A stretch of DNA of 64,000 nucleotides from Chiloscyllium plagiosum (taxonomy: Eukaryota): contig NC_057755.1 of the NCBI RefSeq assembly GCF_004010195.1, positions 635,581 to 699,580 of the forward strand, read 5' to 3'. Position 1 is the first letter of the stretch, and each line of letters starts with the position of its first letter. Position numbers and translations under genes: made by a program. A model generated the notes under the pieces. It worked only from the letters and a program-made list of their open reading frames with translations, had not been told where the DNA came from and made no database searches. Of the stretch, positions 1-13,097 are shown piece after piece.

Positions 1-2356
1 ACCATAATTCTATTCGTTTTAAAATAGTGTCGGAAAAGGATAGACCAGATCTAAAAGTTGAAGTTCTAAATTGGAGAAAGACCAATTTTGACGGTATTAG
101 GCAAGAACTTTCAAAAGCTGATTGGAGGCAGATGTTCGAAGGTAAAGGGACGGCTGGAAAATGGGAAGTCTTCAGAAATGAGATAACAAGAATCCAGAGA
201 AAGTATATTCCTGTCAGGGTGAAAGGGAAGGCTGTGAACTATAGGGAATGCTGGATGACTAAATAACTTGAGTCTTTGGTTAAGAAAAACGAAGGAAGCA
301 TATGTCAGGTATCGACAGGATAGATCGAGTGAATCATTAGAAGAGTGTAAAGAAAGTAGGAGTATACTTAAGAGCGAAATCAGGAGGGCAGAACTGGGAC
401 ATGAGATAGCTTTGGCAAATAGAATTAAAGAAAATCCAAAGGGTTTTTACAAATATATTAAGGACAAAAGGGTAACTAGGAAGAGAATAAGGACGCTCAA
501 TGATCAGCAAGGCGGCATTTGTGTGGAGCCACTAAAAATGGGGGCGATACTAAATGAATATTTTTCATCACTATTTGCTGCGGAAAAGGATATGTAAGAT
601 ATAGACTGTGGGGAAATAGATGGTGACATCTTGCAAAATGTCCAAATTACCTAGGAGAAAGTGCTGGATGTCTTCAAACGGTTAAAGGTTAGATTACTTA
701 TAGTGTGGAAACAGGCCCTTCGGCCCAACAAGTCCACACCGACCCGCCGAAGCGTAACCCACCCATACCGCTACATTTACCCCTTTACCTAACACTACGG
801 GCAATTTAGCATGGCCAATTCACCTGACTTGCACATCTTTGGACTGTGGGAGGAAACCGGAGCCCCCGGAGGAAACCCACGCAGACACGGGGCGAACGTG
901 CAAATTCCACACAGTCAGTCGCCTGAGTCGGGAGGCAGCTGCGAGGCAGCAGTGCTAACCACTGTGCCACCGTGCCGCGGATAAATCCCGAGGACCTGAT
1001 CAGGTGTACCCGAGAACTCTGTGGGAAGCCAGAGAAGTGATTGCTGGGCCTCTTGCTGAGATATTTATATCATCGATAGTCACAGGTGAGGTGCCAGAAG
1101 ACGTCAAACGTGGTGCCACTGTTTAAGAAGGGTGGTAAGGACAAGCCAGGGAACTATAGACTGGTGAGCCTGACCTCGGTGGTGGGCAAGTTGTTGGAGG
1201 GAATCCTGAGGGACAGGATGTACATGTATTTGGAAAGGCAAGGACTGATTCGGGATTGTCAACATGGCTTTGTGCGCGGGAAATCATGTCTCATAAACTT
1301 GATTGAGTTTTTTGATGAAGTAACAAAGAAAATTGATGAGAGCAGAGCAGTAGATGTGATCTATATGGACTTCAGTAAGGCGTTCGACAAGGTTCCCCAT
1401 GGGAGACTGATTAGCAAGGTAAGAGCTCATGAAATACAGGTAGAACTAGTCATTTGGATACAGAACTGGCTCAAAGATAGAAGACAGAGGGTGGTGGTGG
1501 AGGGTTGTTTTTCAGACTGGAAGCCTGTGACCAGAGGAGTGCCACAAGGATCGGTGCTGGGTACTCTACTTTTTGTCATTTACATAAATGATTTGGATGC
1601 GAACATAAGAGGTACAGTAAGTAAGTTTGCATTGCTGAACAAAGAGACCTTGGAGTGCAGGTTAATAGCTCCTTGAAAGTGGAGTCGCAGGTAGATAGGA
1701 TAGTGAAGAAGACATTTGGTATGCTTTCCTTTATTGGTCAGAGTATTGAGTACAGGAGTTGGGAGGTCATGTTGCGGCTGTACAGGATATTGGTTAGGCC
1801 ACTGTTGGAATATTGCGTGCAATTCTGGTCTCCTTCTTATCGGAAAGGTGTTTAGAAACTTGAAAGCGTTCAGTAAAGATTTACAAGGATGTTGCCAAGG
1901 TTGGAGGAGCCGAGCTACAGGGAGAGGCTGAACAGGCTGGGGCTGTTTTCCCGGAGCGTAGGAGGCTGAGGAGTGACCTGAAAGAGGTTTACAAAATTAT
2001 GAGGGGCATGGATAGGATAAATAGGCAAAGTCTTTTCCCTGGGGTTGGGGAGTCCAGAACTAGAGGGCATACGTTTAGGGTGAGAGGGGAAAGATATAAA
2101 AGAGATCTAAGGGACAACGTTTTCACGCGGAGAGTGGTACGTATAAGGAATGAGCTGCCAGAGGATGTGGTGTTGGTGATACAATTGCAACATTTAAGAG
2201 GCATTTAAATGGGTATATGAATAGGAGGTGTTTGGAGGGATATTTGCCGGGTGCTGGCAGTTGGGACTAGATTGGGTTGGAATATCTGGTCGGCATGGAT
2301 GGGTTGGACCGAAGTGTCTGTTTCCATGCTGTAAATCTCTATGACTCTATGACTCT
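1..2356 (+). mobile_element. CR1-clade LINE (ORF2 endonuclease end + RT + 3' UTR), disrupted
   Basis: ORF pieces KENPKGFYKYI, NYRLVSLTSVVGK, QHGFVRGKSC, YMDFSKAFDKVPH, GVPQGSVLG, LEYCVQFWSP; (atgactct)n tail at ~2340; stops, a SINE insertion and an internal deletion. Confidence 0.95.
690..978 (-). mobile_element. HE1-type tRNA-derived SINE nested in CR1 ORF2 (box B deleted)
   Basis: Reverse complement starts gcggcacggtggcacagtggttagcactgc (box A) and matches 58185-58477; it interrupts aaaggt|ggataa, which is contiguous in the CR1 at ~56165. Confidence 0.9.
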
Positions 2357-3339
2357 GTCTATTTAATATTTATAAATATTTATAAAATTATTTAACCACG
2401 TCCATTATTACTGTAAAACGAGGCCGACGAAGGAAGCAAATAGGTCAAACCATACGAAAGCAAATCTTCCAGGGGATATTGTTAATGTCTCCAGGCAAAT
2501 GGTCAACGACCTGATTAATCCTTTTGCGTCAGTTTTTTTTTCAGTTAAAAATTCAACAGGTAACGTTTAATGCATGCCCGTTCGAGAAGGAAACAGCCAT
2601 CCTTACCTGGTCTGGCCCATATCTGACTCAAGATCCACAATATGGTTGAGTCTTGACGGCCCTTTGGGAGGGCAACACATGCTCTCCTAACTCGTGACAC
2701 ACTCATCCCATATGTGGCCACAGAATTTACACTGCAGCTATGAAAAGCCTGGTTCGATCACGCTGGGACTACTAACAGATCCAAGTACCACACCTTTGGA
2801 AGAATACATACAGAGCAGATTTGAAAAAATGATACCTCTACTTTGTGCACAAGGTATGAGCAGAGAATGTACAAATTAGGTCTGCTCTTCCTATAAATTA
2901 GAAGACAGTGTAGATTAAGATAAACTATATCCCCTGGTTGGGAATTCTCAAAGAAAGGTATATAGTCTGAAAATTAGAGTCAATGTGTTCAGGAGCGATG
3001 ATAAGAAGCACTTTCACACAGAAAAGATAGTAGTCGTTTGAAAGTTTCTTCCACAAACGGCACTGGATGTTGGACCAGTCGTTAATGTTAAATCTGAGAA
3101 AGAGTTTTTTCTTTGGTTCTGCGTATTTATTAAGTGATAAGTCACAAACACGAATGTATGAAGTTAATTTGAATAACAGAACATGCTGAGGGGTTAGAGG
3201 TCTGTAGCTATGATGCTCTGATTATTAATCTTCTTCCAGAACCGATCTAGGGCATTGACATTCTTCCTAAACTGAAGTGCTCAGAAATGGGATAATCTCA
3301 GTTTTAACACACTACAAGACTAGAGTTCTAAACATGTCT

Positions 3340-3950
3340 TGTGGTTGATGTGTTCTCTTTGGATTTCAGAAAAACATTTGATAAGTTTCCCCACGGTTTG
3401 CAATTACAGAAAATAAGGAGACATGGGATCAGAAATTGGCTAGCTGAAAGAATACAGAGGTTAGTGGTTGATGGGAAATGTTCACCCTCGAGTTCAGTTA
3501 CTAGTGGTGTCCTGGAAGGATCTGTTTTGGGGCCATTGCTGTTTGTCATATTTATAAATGACCGAGATGAGGGTGTAGAAGAATGGGTTGTGGAGATGTG
3601 AAAAGTGGAGAAGGATACTGAAGGTGAGAGAGAGGACACTGCAGAGCTGATCTGAGAGGCGAAAATTGGAGTTTAATGCGGAAAAGTGTGAGGTGATTCT
3701 CTTTTGGAAGGAGTAACAGGAATACAGAGTACCAAGCTAACGGTAAGATTCTTAGCATGTGGATGAGCACAGAGATCTCGGTGTTCATGTGCATAGATCC
3801 CTGAAAGTTGCCACCCAAGTTGATAGGGATATTAAGAAGGTGTAAGGTGTGTTGGTTTTTATTGCTGGAGGGATTGAGTTTCTGAGCAATGAGGTCATGT
3901 TGCAGCTGTACAAAAATCCAGTGCAGCTACACTGAGAGCATTGTGTACAT
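3340..3950 (+). mobile_element. Old CR1 RT fragment (orthologous to ~30220-30650 in copy B)
   Basis: [13 protein letters not shown]...[20 protein letters not shown]. Confidence 0.85.
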
Positions 3951-4100
3951 TGTGATTAAGCATGGCTTCATTTTCAATGATACAATGAGTGTGCTGTTGG
4001 CGTCGACACACCCAGAAAGACGAGACTAGGAGATCATTCAGCACCTTCTTCAGTCTGATCCAAAGGAACAGGAGGCTATTCAGCGCCAATTTCTCTCAAC

Positions 4101-4404
4101 AGCTGCTGCCAAACTTGCTGAGTTTTCCTAACAATTTCTGTATTTGTTTCTGACTTACAACATTCACAGTTCTTTCAGTTCTTACTCAGGTCCTTCTGCA
4201 GCCTGTTGCACAGGAGGAGGCAATACAGCAGGGAGACACAACGGCTAAATTGAGCTGCTGCCAAACTTGCTGAGTTTTCGCAACAATTTCTGTATTTATT
4301 TCTGACTTACAACATTCACAGTTCTTTCAGTTCTTACTCAGGTCCTTCTGCAGCCTTTTGCACAGGAGGAGGCAATACAGCAGGGAGACACAACGGCTAA
4401 ATTG
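4101..4404. repeat. 152-bp head-to-tail tandem duplication
   Basis: agctgctgccaaac...ggctaaattg at 4101-4252 and 4253-4404; single copy in unit B (~31710-31862). Confidence 0.95.
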
Positions 4405-4730
4405 GAATTATCGCTAGACTGTTCTTGAAGAGACCTAATTAAATATCTGGGCACCCAGGTTCAAGTCCCACTACAACAAACGGTGGAATTTGAACTCAAT
4501 AAAAGCCTGAAATTAAAGAGGCTAATGATGTCCACAAATACCAAGTTGATTGTCAGTTCATTTATGTTGTGTCGAGAGGGAAAGTTCCATTCTTAAATGG
4601 TCAAGACCATATGTGATTCCAGATCTACGGCACTGTGGTAGTCACTTAAATGTCCTCTTCGCAATTAGAGATGGGTAATAGATACTTGTGCTCGCCAGCG
4701 AAATCCTCAGTCGATAACTGAATTAAAAAA
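4385..4730 (+). mobile_element. Old tRNA-type SINE (DeuSINE/SacSINE1-like); paralog at ~31840-32190
   Basis: Box B-like ggttcaagtccc at ~4460, body similar to shark SINEs (from recall), ends gaattaaaaaa; related fragments at ~2570-2715, ~29295-29440 and on the - strand at ~55785-55930 and ~59450-59600. Confidence 0.55.
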
Positions 4731-5379
4731 GTCCATTTTGAGACCTATACGGAGGAAGTGGAAGAGACAATTTAGCTCAGTTTGAGATTGGAAAGAGGAA
4801 CAGCTGAAGGCCATTCGTCCTCTCCCATGTGAGTACAGAAAGAGCAGATAGGCAATACTTCAGGAGGGAATGGCAAGATGGGCATGTGTGACGTTCAACG
4901 TCAACTAGATAGGGAATGAGGCAGTTCTCAGTGAGGTGGAGACAGGTGATCTTGGGATGCAAAGAATATCAGAGGCGACTAATTTTGGTCTTGGACGGAG
5001 GGAGATCCAAGTCTCAATATTGAGGGTCTGACGTTTGAGGGTATGTCGCCTTTTCTTGGTAGCTCCTCAGATGGCTACGCCTGCTTCCACCCTGTCAACA
5101 TTAAACCTTGAAATCATCTCTGTTACCGGATATTTCATCCTTTCTCTATTCCCGTGTCTTTAATAATCTCTGTTGCCCTGTATGTCATACATTCTATTCC
5201 TCAGCATTTACCTCTCTCCGAATTAATCCGTCTTTCACTGCCTATCTCGATGAATTTAATCGACTCTCGATTAATTTGAGGTTCCACCACTGTATTGATC
5301 AGTCAACTCTATCAATTGTCCTGTATTTTGTGTTTTAATTGTTTTGTACTTACTCCTCCCCTATTAAATTTACTTTACC

Positions 5380-7533
5380 CTCGTTGTTGTGGTTCTGTTC
5401 GCCGAGCTGGGAATTTGTGTTGCAAACGTTTCGTCCCCTGTTTAGGTGACATCCTCAGTGCTTGGAAGCCTCCTGTGAGGCGCTTCTGTGAGTTTTACTC
5501 CGGCATTTATAGTGGTTTGTCTCTGCCACTTCCAGTTGTCAGTTCCAGCTGTCTGTTGCAGTGGCTACTAAGGATAGCTGGTCGTGTCGTTTCGTAGCTA
5601 GTTGGTGTTCATGGATGCGTATCGTTCGCTGTCTTCCTGTTTGTCCTACGTAGTGTTTTGTGCAGTCCTTGCAGGATTTTGCACACTACATTGGTTTTGC
5701 TCATCCTGGGTATCGGGTCCTTCGTTCTGGTGAGTTGTTGTGTGTGTGGCTTTCCTGTATACCTTTGTGGTGAATTCTCCGTTTGATGTTCTCTTTACCA
5801 TCACGTCTAGGAATGGGAGTTGGTTGTCCTTTTCTTCCTCTCTACTGAATATGATTCCTGTGAGTGTGGCGTTGATGATCCGGTGTGTGCTCTCTATTTC
5901 TGTGTTTTTAATGATTACAAAGGTGTCATCCACATATCTGACCCAGAGTTGTGTTTGAATTTGCGGTAAGACTGTTTGTTCTAATCTTTGCATTACCGCT
6001 TCTGCTATGAGTCCAGAGATGGGTGAGCCCATCGGTGTACCGTTGATTTGTTCATATATTTGGTTGTCGAATGTGAAGTGTGTTGTGAGGCACAAGTCCA
6101 GTAGTTTGAGTATGCCGTCTTTATTGATAGGATCACCGTCCTGTTGTCTGTTCTGTATGTCCAGCAGGTTGGCTATTGTTTCTCTGGCGATGGTTTTGTC
6201 GATAGAGGTGAACAGTGCTGTTACATCGAATGAGAAACCATAGTTTCTTCCTTGTCTATGTGTATATTTCTGATGATGTCCGAGAATTCCTGTGTTGACT
6301 GTAGAGAGTGTGTGGATCCGCTGATCAGGTGTTTCAGTTTCTGCTGTAGTTCTTTAGCCAGTTTATGTGATGGTGTTCCTGGTAGTGATACTATTGGTCT
6401 GAGTGGGATGCCTGGTTTGTGTACTTTCGGTAGTCCATAGAATCTGGGGGTGTTGTTGCTTTCAGGTTTCATTATTTATAGGTCAAATCTGCTTATCTGT
6501 CCGTTTTTTTGTAGGTTCCTCAGTGTGTTGTTTTTCCTATTGTTGAGCTGTGGGGTGGGGTCAAACTCCCTCTTTTGTTAGGTGTTGGTATCTGCAAGTA
6601 GCTGTTGCGCTTTTTGGATGTACTCTGCTTTGTCTCGGATGACCGTCATTCTGCCTTTGTCTGCTGGTAGTATGATTATGTTTTTATCGTTTCTTAGTGA
6701 TTTCAGTGCTTCGCTCTCCTTGGTGTTGAGATTATGTGTTTGTCCTTTCCTTGTTATCAGTGGTACGATACTTTGTCTCACTGTTTGTTGTGTCTCTTCT
6801 GTCAGTCCATTGTTCCTGAGTGTGCATTTTAGTGCTGCTAGGAAGTCTGCGATCTTGGCGTCCCTCTGGTTGTAGTTGAGTCCCTTGGCTAGTCTTGTTC
6901 TTTCCGTGTCTGTGAGTTGTATGTAGGCGAGGTTTCTAACCCAGGTGTGGGTTGTGGTGTCCTCTCTGTTGTGTGTTAGTTTGTCCATTTTTTCTTTCAG
7001 TGTCTTTTTTTGTGGTGTGTGGTCCTATTCTGTCCTATGGTGACGGCTTGTTCTATGGTCCGGGTCCATTTCTGATTAGTGGTTTTTGAAATTACCGATT
7101 TTTGGCGCGCAATATCTTGTCTATATTTGTGAAGTCTGTTGTGAGCGTCTGTAATCATTACCTGGTTCATCCTGAATTCGTTCTGTCTGGCAGTGTCCCT
7201 GGCTTGTGGATTGTTGACTGGTGGTCTGTATCGTGCAGGATCAGGAGTTGTTCATATGTGGCGCTTAGGCGGTTGGCACAGGATTCCCATTTTCTGGCTT
7301 GTCTTAGCGTCTCTCACCCGTGGGTGTTCAAACTTTGTGAGATGATTTGTAGCTCGGGTGCTCGTTGTTGTGGTTCTGTTCGCCGAGCTGGGAATTTGTG
7401 TTGCAGACGTTTCGTCCCCTTTCTAGGCACGAAACGACACGACCAGCTCTCCTAACGTCTGCAACACAAATTCCCAGTTCAGCGAACAGAACCACAACAA
7501 CGAGCACCCGAGCTACAAGTTTTCACACAAACT
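5380..7533 (-). mobile_element. Penelope-like retroelement (RT + GIY-YIG remnant) with direct and inverted terminal repeats; specific to copy A
   Basis: LAKGLNY, PRFYGLPKVHKPGIPLRPIVS, YEQINGTPMGSPIS, WVRYVDDTF, LPFLDV, VYRKATHT; frameshifted NVVxKIP..HYVGQTGR GIY-YIG start at ~5635-5700; terminal repeat at 5380 and 7361 with an inverted copy at ~7455-7533; absent from copy B (~34490). Confidence 0.93.
5422..5461 (-). ncRNA. Minimal hammerhead ribozyme motif in Penelope terminal repeat
   Basis: - strand GCA-CTGAGGA-T-GTCACCT-AAAC-AGGGGAC-GAAACGTT-TGC: core CUGANGA/GAAA, stem II, palindromic ACGT stem III. Confidence 0.7.
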
Positions 7534-9399
7534 TTACTTAATCCTCCCTTGGGCTGTATTTAATCTTGTATATTCTCCTGTATTTAACTATCTCTCTATT
7601 CTCTTGCGTTCAACCCTCTCCCTACTACTCTCTGTTTAACACTGCCCCTATTATACTTTCCATTTAACCTTCTCTTGATTATTCTCCATTGAATCCACTC
7701 TATTTAAGCCAATATTTAAGAAGACAATCTTCAACCCTGTCTCTGTCTTCATCTTCCTCCCGATTGCTCTCTCGGTAGCTTTCTGATTATTACACTCCAT
7801 TTAATTCACTCAACTTTGTAGTTTAAATTCTCCTTTTTCCTGCATTTCAGATTTTACCGATTATCCTGTACTCAACCTCTTCTCGTTAATATCTGCATAG
7901 TTATATCTCTATTATACTGTATTAACTCCTCTTCCTTTCCTCTTAGTGTAATATTAATCAACACCCCTGTATTGAACACGCTTCCTATTACTCTGTTTTG
8001 AATCCTCTCATCTTCCACAAAGGCTGGCAACCCGTCATCAAGTCACTGCTTTTACACTTACACAGTACACGATCCTGACCCAGATAGCACAACATTTGAT
8101 TCCTTCAGTTCGTAGAACCCATAAGACTCTTGTTTATATCTCTCTCAGTCAGGACCCTCTGCTGGGACCAGCTTAAGAGCCCTTCTCAAAGAGCTAATTT
8201 AATAAGATCCATCTTGCTGACCTCATTACAATTCCTACAGCTTGCCCTGCATTAATTCTCTTCCTGTTTCCTTGAAATCTGCACTCTTTCTCTTACTCTC
8301 TATAGACGTCTACCACTATTACTTCCTACTAAATCTTCTCCATGTTCTGCCTTTAATATTCCTCTCGTTCCTTGTATTCGGCTCTCTCCCTATTACTCTC
8401 GATTTACCCTCTCCTGTTGCCTGTTTAATCCTCGCCACTATTCTCAACTGAATTCTCCCCAATTACAATCTTTGATCCTCACCCTGTCTGCATTCAATCC
8501 TCTGTATTTCACCAGTACTGTTCAATTATTGTTCCCTCTTCCAGGAGATGCGTTTACACAAGACAATAATCAGAAAACAGGTTTCACTGCCATATCGTTC
8601 TCCACATCGGCTAACAAGTGACTGCCGCTGGTCTGTGCTGCCACCTCTCTGGCCAGTGCTCGGTTTGCAAATCCATTCCAATGTGTTGATGGTGCCCATA
8701 TAGACCCATATTTAAGATGGGTTGGACACGATTACAACTTTACAATGAACTAACAGTGTTGATATGCAAATAGAAACAGCTCCAATGCACAAGAGTATTT
8801 ACACATAAACACGAACAGTTCGAATGGACAACAGTATTTAGACATTAATTGGAACAACTCTAGTTCAAAACAATATTTATGTAGAAGCACAAGCACTTCC
8901 AATGCACAAGATTATTTGCCTCTAAACGCAATCTGTTCTAACACCCAATAATATTTGCACAGACACAAAGACCTCCAACATACGTCAGTACATGTTATAC
9001 ATATAAGTCATGTAATATGGGGTACGCGAATGACCTGGAGGAAGGAAACAGATGTACCATTGCAAAATTTGCAGATGACACAAAAATATTGGGAAAGCAA
9101 GTTGGCACATTGCATGTCTTTTCTTAGGCACAGGGATGGCGCAAATTCTTGTAGGTTGGTGACAAATGTCTCTCGCTCTGAGTTCACGTGAAGCTGTCAG
9201 TGTGGTTCTGTGTCTGTGTGCAGATGTGTCTCCATATCCTGCATGACTGGGTTTGTGTGAAGGTGTGTCGAGGTGCTGCTATCTTACAGTATAACTGCAA
9301 TTCTGTGTATGTGTGCGTGTGTATTTGTGTGTTTGTGTGTTTTCGTGTGCGCATGTATTTTTCTGCATGTTTGTGTGTGTGTGGATGTATTACTATGTC

Positions 9400-9760
9400 A
9401 GTGTGTAGGTGTCTTCTTAACGTAGGTGGGGACGTCGGCTTGTTGGAGAGAGATTTTGAAGATGTCAGGAAGATGCCAGTTGGACCATACATGAATTGAA
9501 TGCATGGGCATGGACTCTGTTCAGTTCCGTCGCATTCCTTCTTGACTCCCAGGATCATTGATCTGATGTCTGTCGCGGTGAACGAGGGATCAATTCCACT
9601 CATACCTGTGGGGGCAGTTGACACTGCGCCACTGGCATTCTGCTCAAACCAAACAGAAAAAGCATTGAGTACCTCAGGGAGGGGTGTGTCTTTGTCCGCT
9701 ATCTGACTCTACTTCATTTTCCATCACATAATGTTCTTTAGACAATCAGCGTGATCCTGG
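9400..9760 (-). mobile_element. Rex1/Babar-like LINE fragment (paralog ~36745-37100; partial recopy at 10801-11106)
   Basis: Translates LPEVLNAFSVWFEQNA...SFTATDIRSMILGV, resembling the LPDELNAFYARFEQ...VRSVF linker of Rex-Babar ORF2. Confidence 0.65.
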
Positions 9761-9903
9761 GTGTGGTGACTGTCGACCCATCCTGTTCTCCCCCTCCCCA
9801 CCTACGGCTGGATGTTATACTCAGATCCATGAGGTTGTGCTGATGGAATCCGTACATATGCAATTCCTGCACTTTCACCACTGTGGTTGCTTCTGGAGCT
9901 CTC

Positions 9904-10064
9904 TCGATTGTTTTGCTGATTCATTAAGTGAAAACTTTACTTGTGCACCGCATTCCTGAATTTCGATCTGAACTTGGGCAGAGTCACTGCATAAAACAGT
10001 GTGTTTGTGCTGCACCGGAAATCCTTCAGCATTTCTCCGATGGATGTAATACAGATCTGTTCCT
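9904..10064 (-). pseudogene. GPR139/142-like GPCR exon 2, 3' remnant (TM7/C-terminus), copy A
   Basis: IGEMLKDFRCSTNTLFYAVTLPKFRSKFRNAV; aligns with 37266-37440 and is joined directly to intron sequence equivalent to ~38170. Confidence 0.85.
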
Positions 10065-13000
10065 CCCTCTGCGTCTGCCCAGAGAGCAATGGAAGATCCT
10101 ACTATCATATTGAGGCAGGGAAGTAACAGATGGCAAAGGGATTTTTTTATGATGAAAGGTAAGAGTTTTGTAGGGGATTTGAGGAAAAACATTCAGTCAG
10201 AGAATGTTGTGGTTTCTGGTAATTCAGTACATGTGAGCGTAGTTGAGGCAGGAAACATCACAACCTTTAAAAACCACCTGGGACGAGACTGGATTTCATT
10301 TCGTTATGATGGCACAGGCCTCATGGACTGACATACTTCTGTCCATTTGGGTTTCACAATTCTAAAAATTACTTCTGGAAAGTAGGTTGTGAAGTGAAAC
10401 GTTTTCATGAATTAAATCAAAGTCTGTGAATACTGAAAATATGAAACAGAAACAGAAATAGCTAGCGAAACTCAACAGGTATGGGAGCATCTGTGGAGAG
10501 AGAAGCAAAGTTAATGCAATCATTCTTCATCAGAAAATCTTCGTCTGAATATTTGTCAAGGAACTCAAATCATCAACTTGGTTTTCTCTTCGCAAAAGGC
10601 CCTATCATTGCAAACAAAGGAAGGGGAGTGATTTCCAAAAGGGAATTGGAATTCGTAGTGTTCATATTCATCTACTACGAAACATATGTTTGACGGCTCT
10701 TAGCAGGTTGGGCTTGTAAACAGACCTTTTGGTCCAAATCATTCATGACAATCAGGCTTTCGATCATAATCTACTTGCATTAGCCCCAATATCCCTCTCA
10801 ACTATGTCAGTGTGTAGGTGTCTTCTTAACGTAGGTGGGGACGTCGGCTTGTTGGAGAGAGATTTTGAAGATGTCAGGAAGATGCCAGTTGGACCATACA
10901 TGAATTGAATGCATGGGCATGGACTCTGTTCAGTTTCGTCGCATTCCTTCTTGACTCCCAGGATCATTGATCTGATGTCTGTTGCGGTGAACGAGGGATC
11001 AATTCCACTCATACCTGTGGGGGCAGTTGACACTGCGCCACTGGCATTCTGCTCAAACCAAACAGAAAAAGCATTGAGTACCTCAGGGAGGGGTGTGTCT
11101 TTGTCCCATTCAGTTGCTTTTAAAATGTTTTAATGTACCACTATTCATTTTCTCTGGCAGTTCATTTGATACAGATACCAGCCTTTGTGTGAAGGACGTT
11201 ATACCTTTGAAATTATTCCACTCTCACCCTAAACCTCTATCTCTGGACTCTCACACAACAGGGAAAATACCTTGTCTACTTACCTAATCCACGACCCTCA
11301 TAGTTTTCTTAACCACGATAAGATCACCCCTGACCTCTAACTGCCCATTAAAAATAGAAGTTTTCAGCCTTTACCGATTGCTGAAATCCTCCAGACCTGG
11401 TAATATTCTTGTAATTCCTTTCTGAGTCCTTTCATGTTTCATACTATCTTTCCTTTCGGAATGAACCAGAATTGTACACACTTCTTCCAAAAATGGCAGA
11501 ACCAACGTTGTGTATAGCTACAACATAACCTCACAACTCCAATAATCAGTTATTTTACCAATAAAACAAAACATATACCAAACACGTTCTTTGCTGTCCA
11601 ATCGACCAAAGACTCCACTTCCAGAAATCTATGAATCTGCATTTCAAGGCCTGTTTATTCAGTAATACTCCACAGGATTTTACCATTCATCTAATATAAA
11701 TTCCGTCTGCTACTCTTTGGCCCATTGGTCCATCTGATCAAGATCTGTTGTACTCTGTGGTTACCTTCTTCACTGTATCCTACACTTCCATTGACATTTG
11801 CAATTTTGAACACTGAACAACTACCTCTCCATGCCAACCTTAACACTGTGGTAGTCCCAGTCTATGTTTGGAAATTTGAAATCCTCTACAATTACCACAC
11901 TATTATACGGTCAAATAACAGATTTGCCGTTTCAAATTTGTTTCTCAATTTCCTACTGACGAGTGGGGAGTGTCTTGTACAATCACAATAAGGAAATCAA
12001 TCCTTTCTTGATTCTCAGTTCCACGCAAATAACATCTCTGAATGTATTCCCAGGAATATCCTCCCTAAGTCCGGCTCTAATGTTATCTATTACCAACAAG
12101 CAAATCCCCTTCTTCTCTTGTGCCTCTTTCTATCCATCCTACAGCATTTCTAACCTGGAACTTTTAGCTGCTAGTCCTGTCCATCCCTGAACGCATCTGT
12201 GTAATTGCCATGTTTTACCAGTCCCATATTCGTTACCACATTCTCAGTTCTTCTGCCTCAACTGTTCGGCATCTTATATATAAATAATTGCTATTTAATT
12301 TGTCAGTCCGCCCTCGTTCACTGCTTTGTCCTTGCTTGCCCTGGCTATTGAATTGGCTCACTTTCCCAAATGTACCAATCTCAGACGGATCTCTTCCCTC
12401 ACTATGTCCCTGGCCACACCCTTCCCCCATAGCCTCGCATCCTGCCTGCCATGACTATTGGAATTTTCCCAACATTACCTGCCATACCGACACCAGGTCC
12501 TAGCTACCAGCCCTGCCGAGTTTTCACCATACCCCCAGACCTCCTTCTCACTGAGAACGAACAATCAGTCCTCAGCAAAGGTCTTAATCTTGTTTCCCTC
12601 TGTCACCGAACAACGATTTTAATATGCATTGTGATGTCGAGCACTTCTTCCGAGCTTACTTTTGCAGCCAGGGCTCCTGCACACCTTCCAATGACCCCTT
12701 CATTTACCTCCAACACACTCCATCCACCTGGACACCCCACTCTGGCCTATTACCCGCCCTCGATTTCTTCATTTCCACCGCCGCCGAGACATTAACCGCT
12801 TCAAACTGTCTACTCTTCTTCCCCACGCCAACCTCTCACCAGCACAATGTGCAGCCCTCCACTCCCTCTGCTCCAAACCCAACGTCACCATCAAACCAGC
12901 GAATAAAGGGGTTGCAGTGGTAGTTTTGCACACTGACCCCTAAACCGCTGAAGCCAGATGCCAACTCGAAGACACCTCCGCCTAGCGCCCCCTGTCTATG

Positions 13001-13097
13001 ACCCCACCACCCCATCCACAAACCATCATTCTCAGACCATAGAGAACCTCACGAGATCTCACAGGCACAACTTCCAACCTCGTAGTCCAGGAACCCC

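Noticed and set aside
8242..8451. Hydrophobic ORF repeated at 35617-35874 as a membrane peptide
   Set aside because: Arises from a pyrimidine-rich low-complexity tract in duplicated DNA; non-ATG start and no conserved stop
9188..9499. Cys/Val-rich ORF
   Set aside because: Translation of a degenerate (TG)n tract
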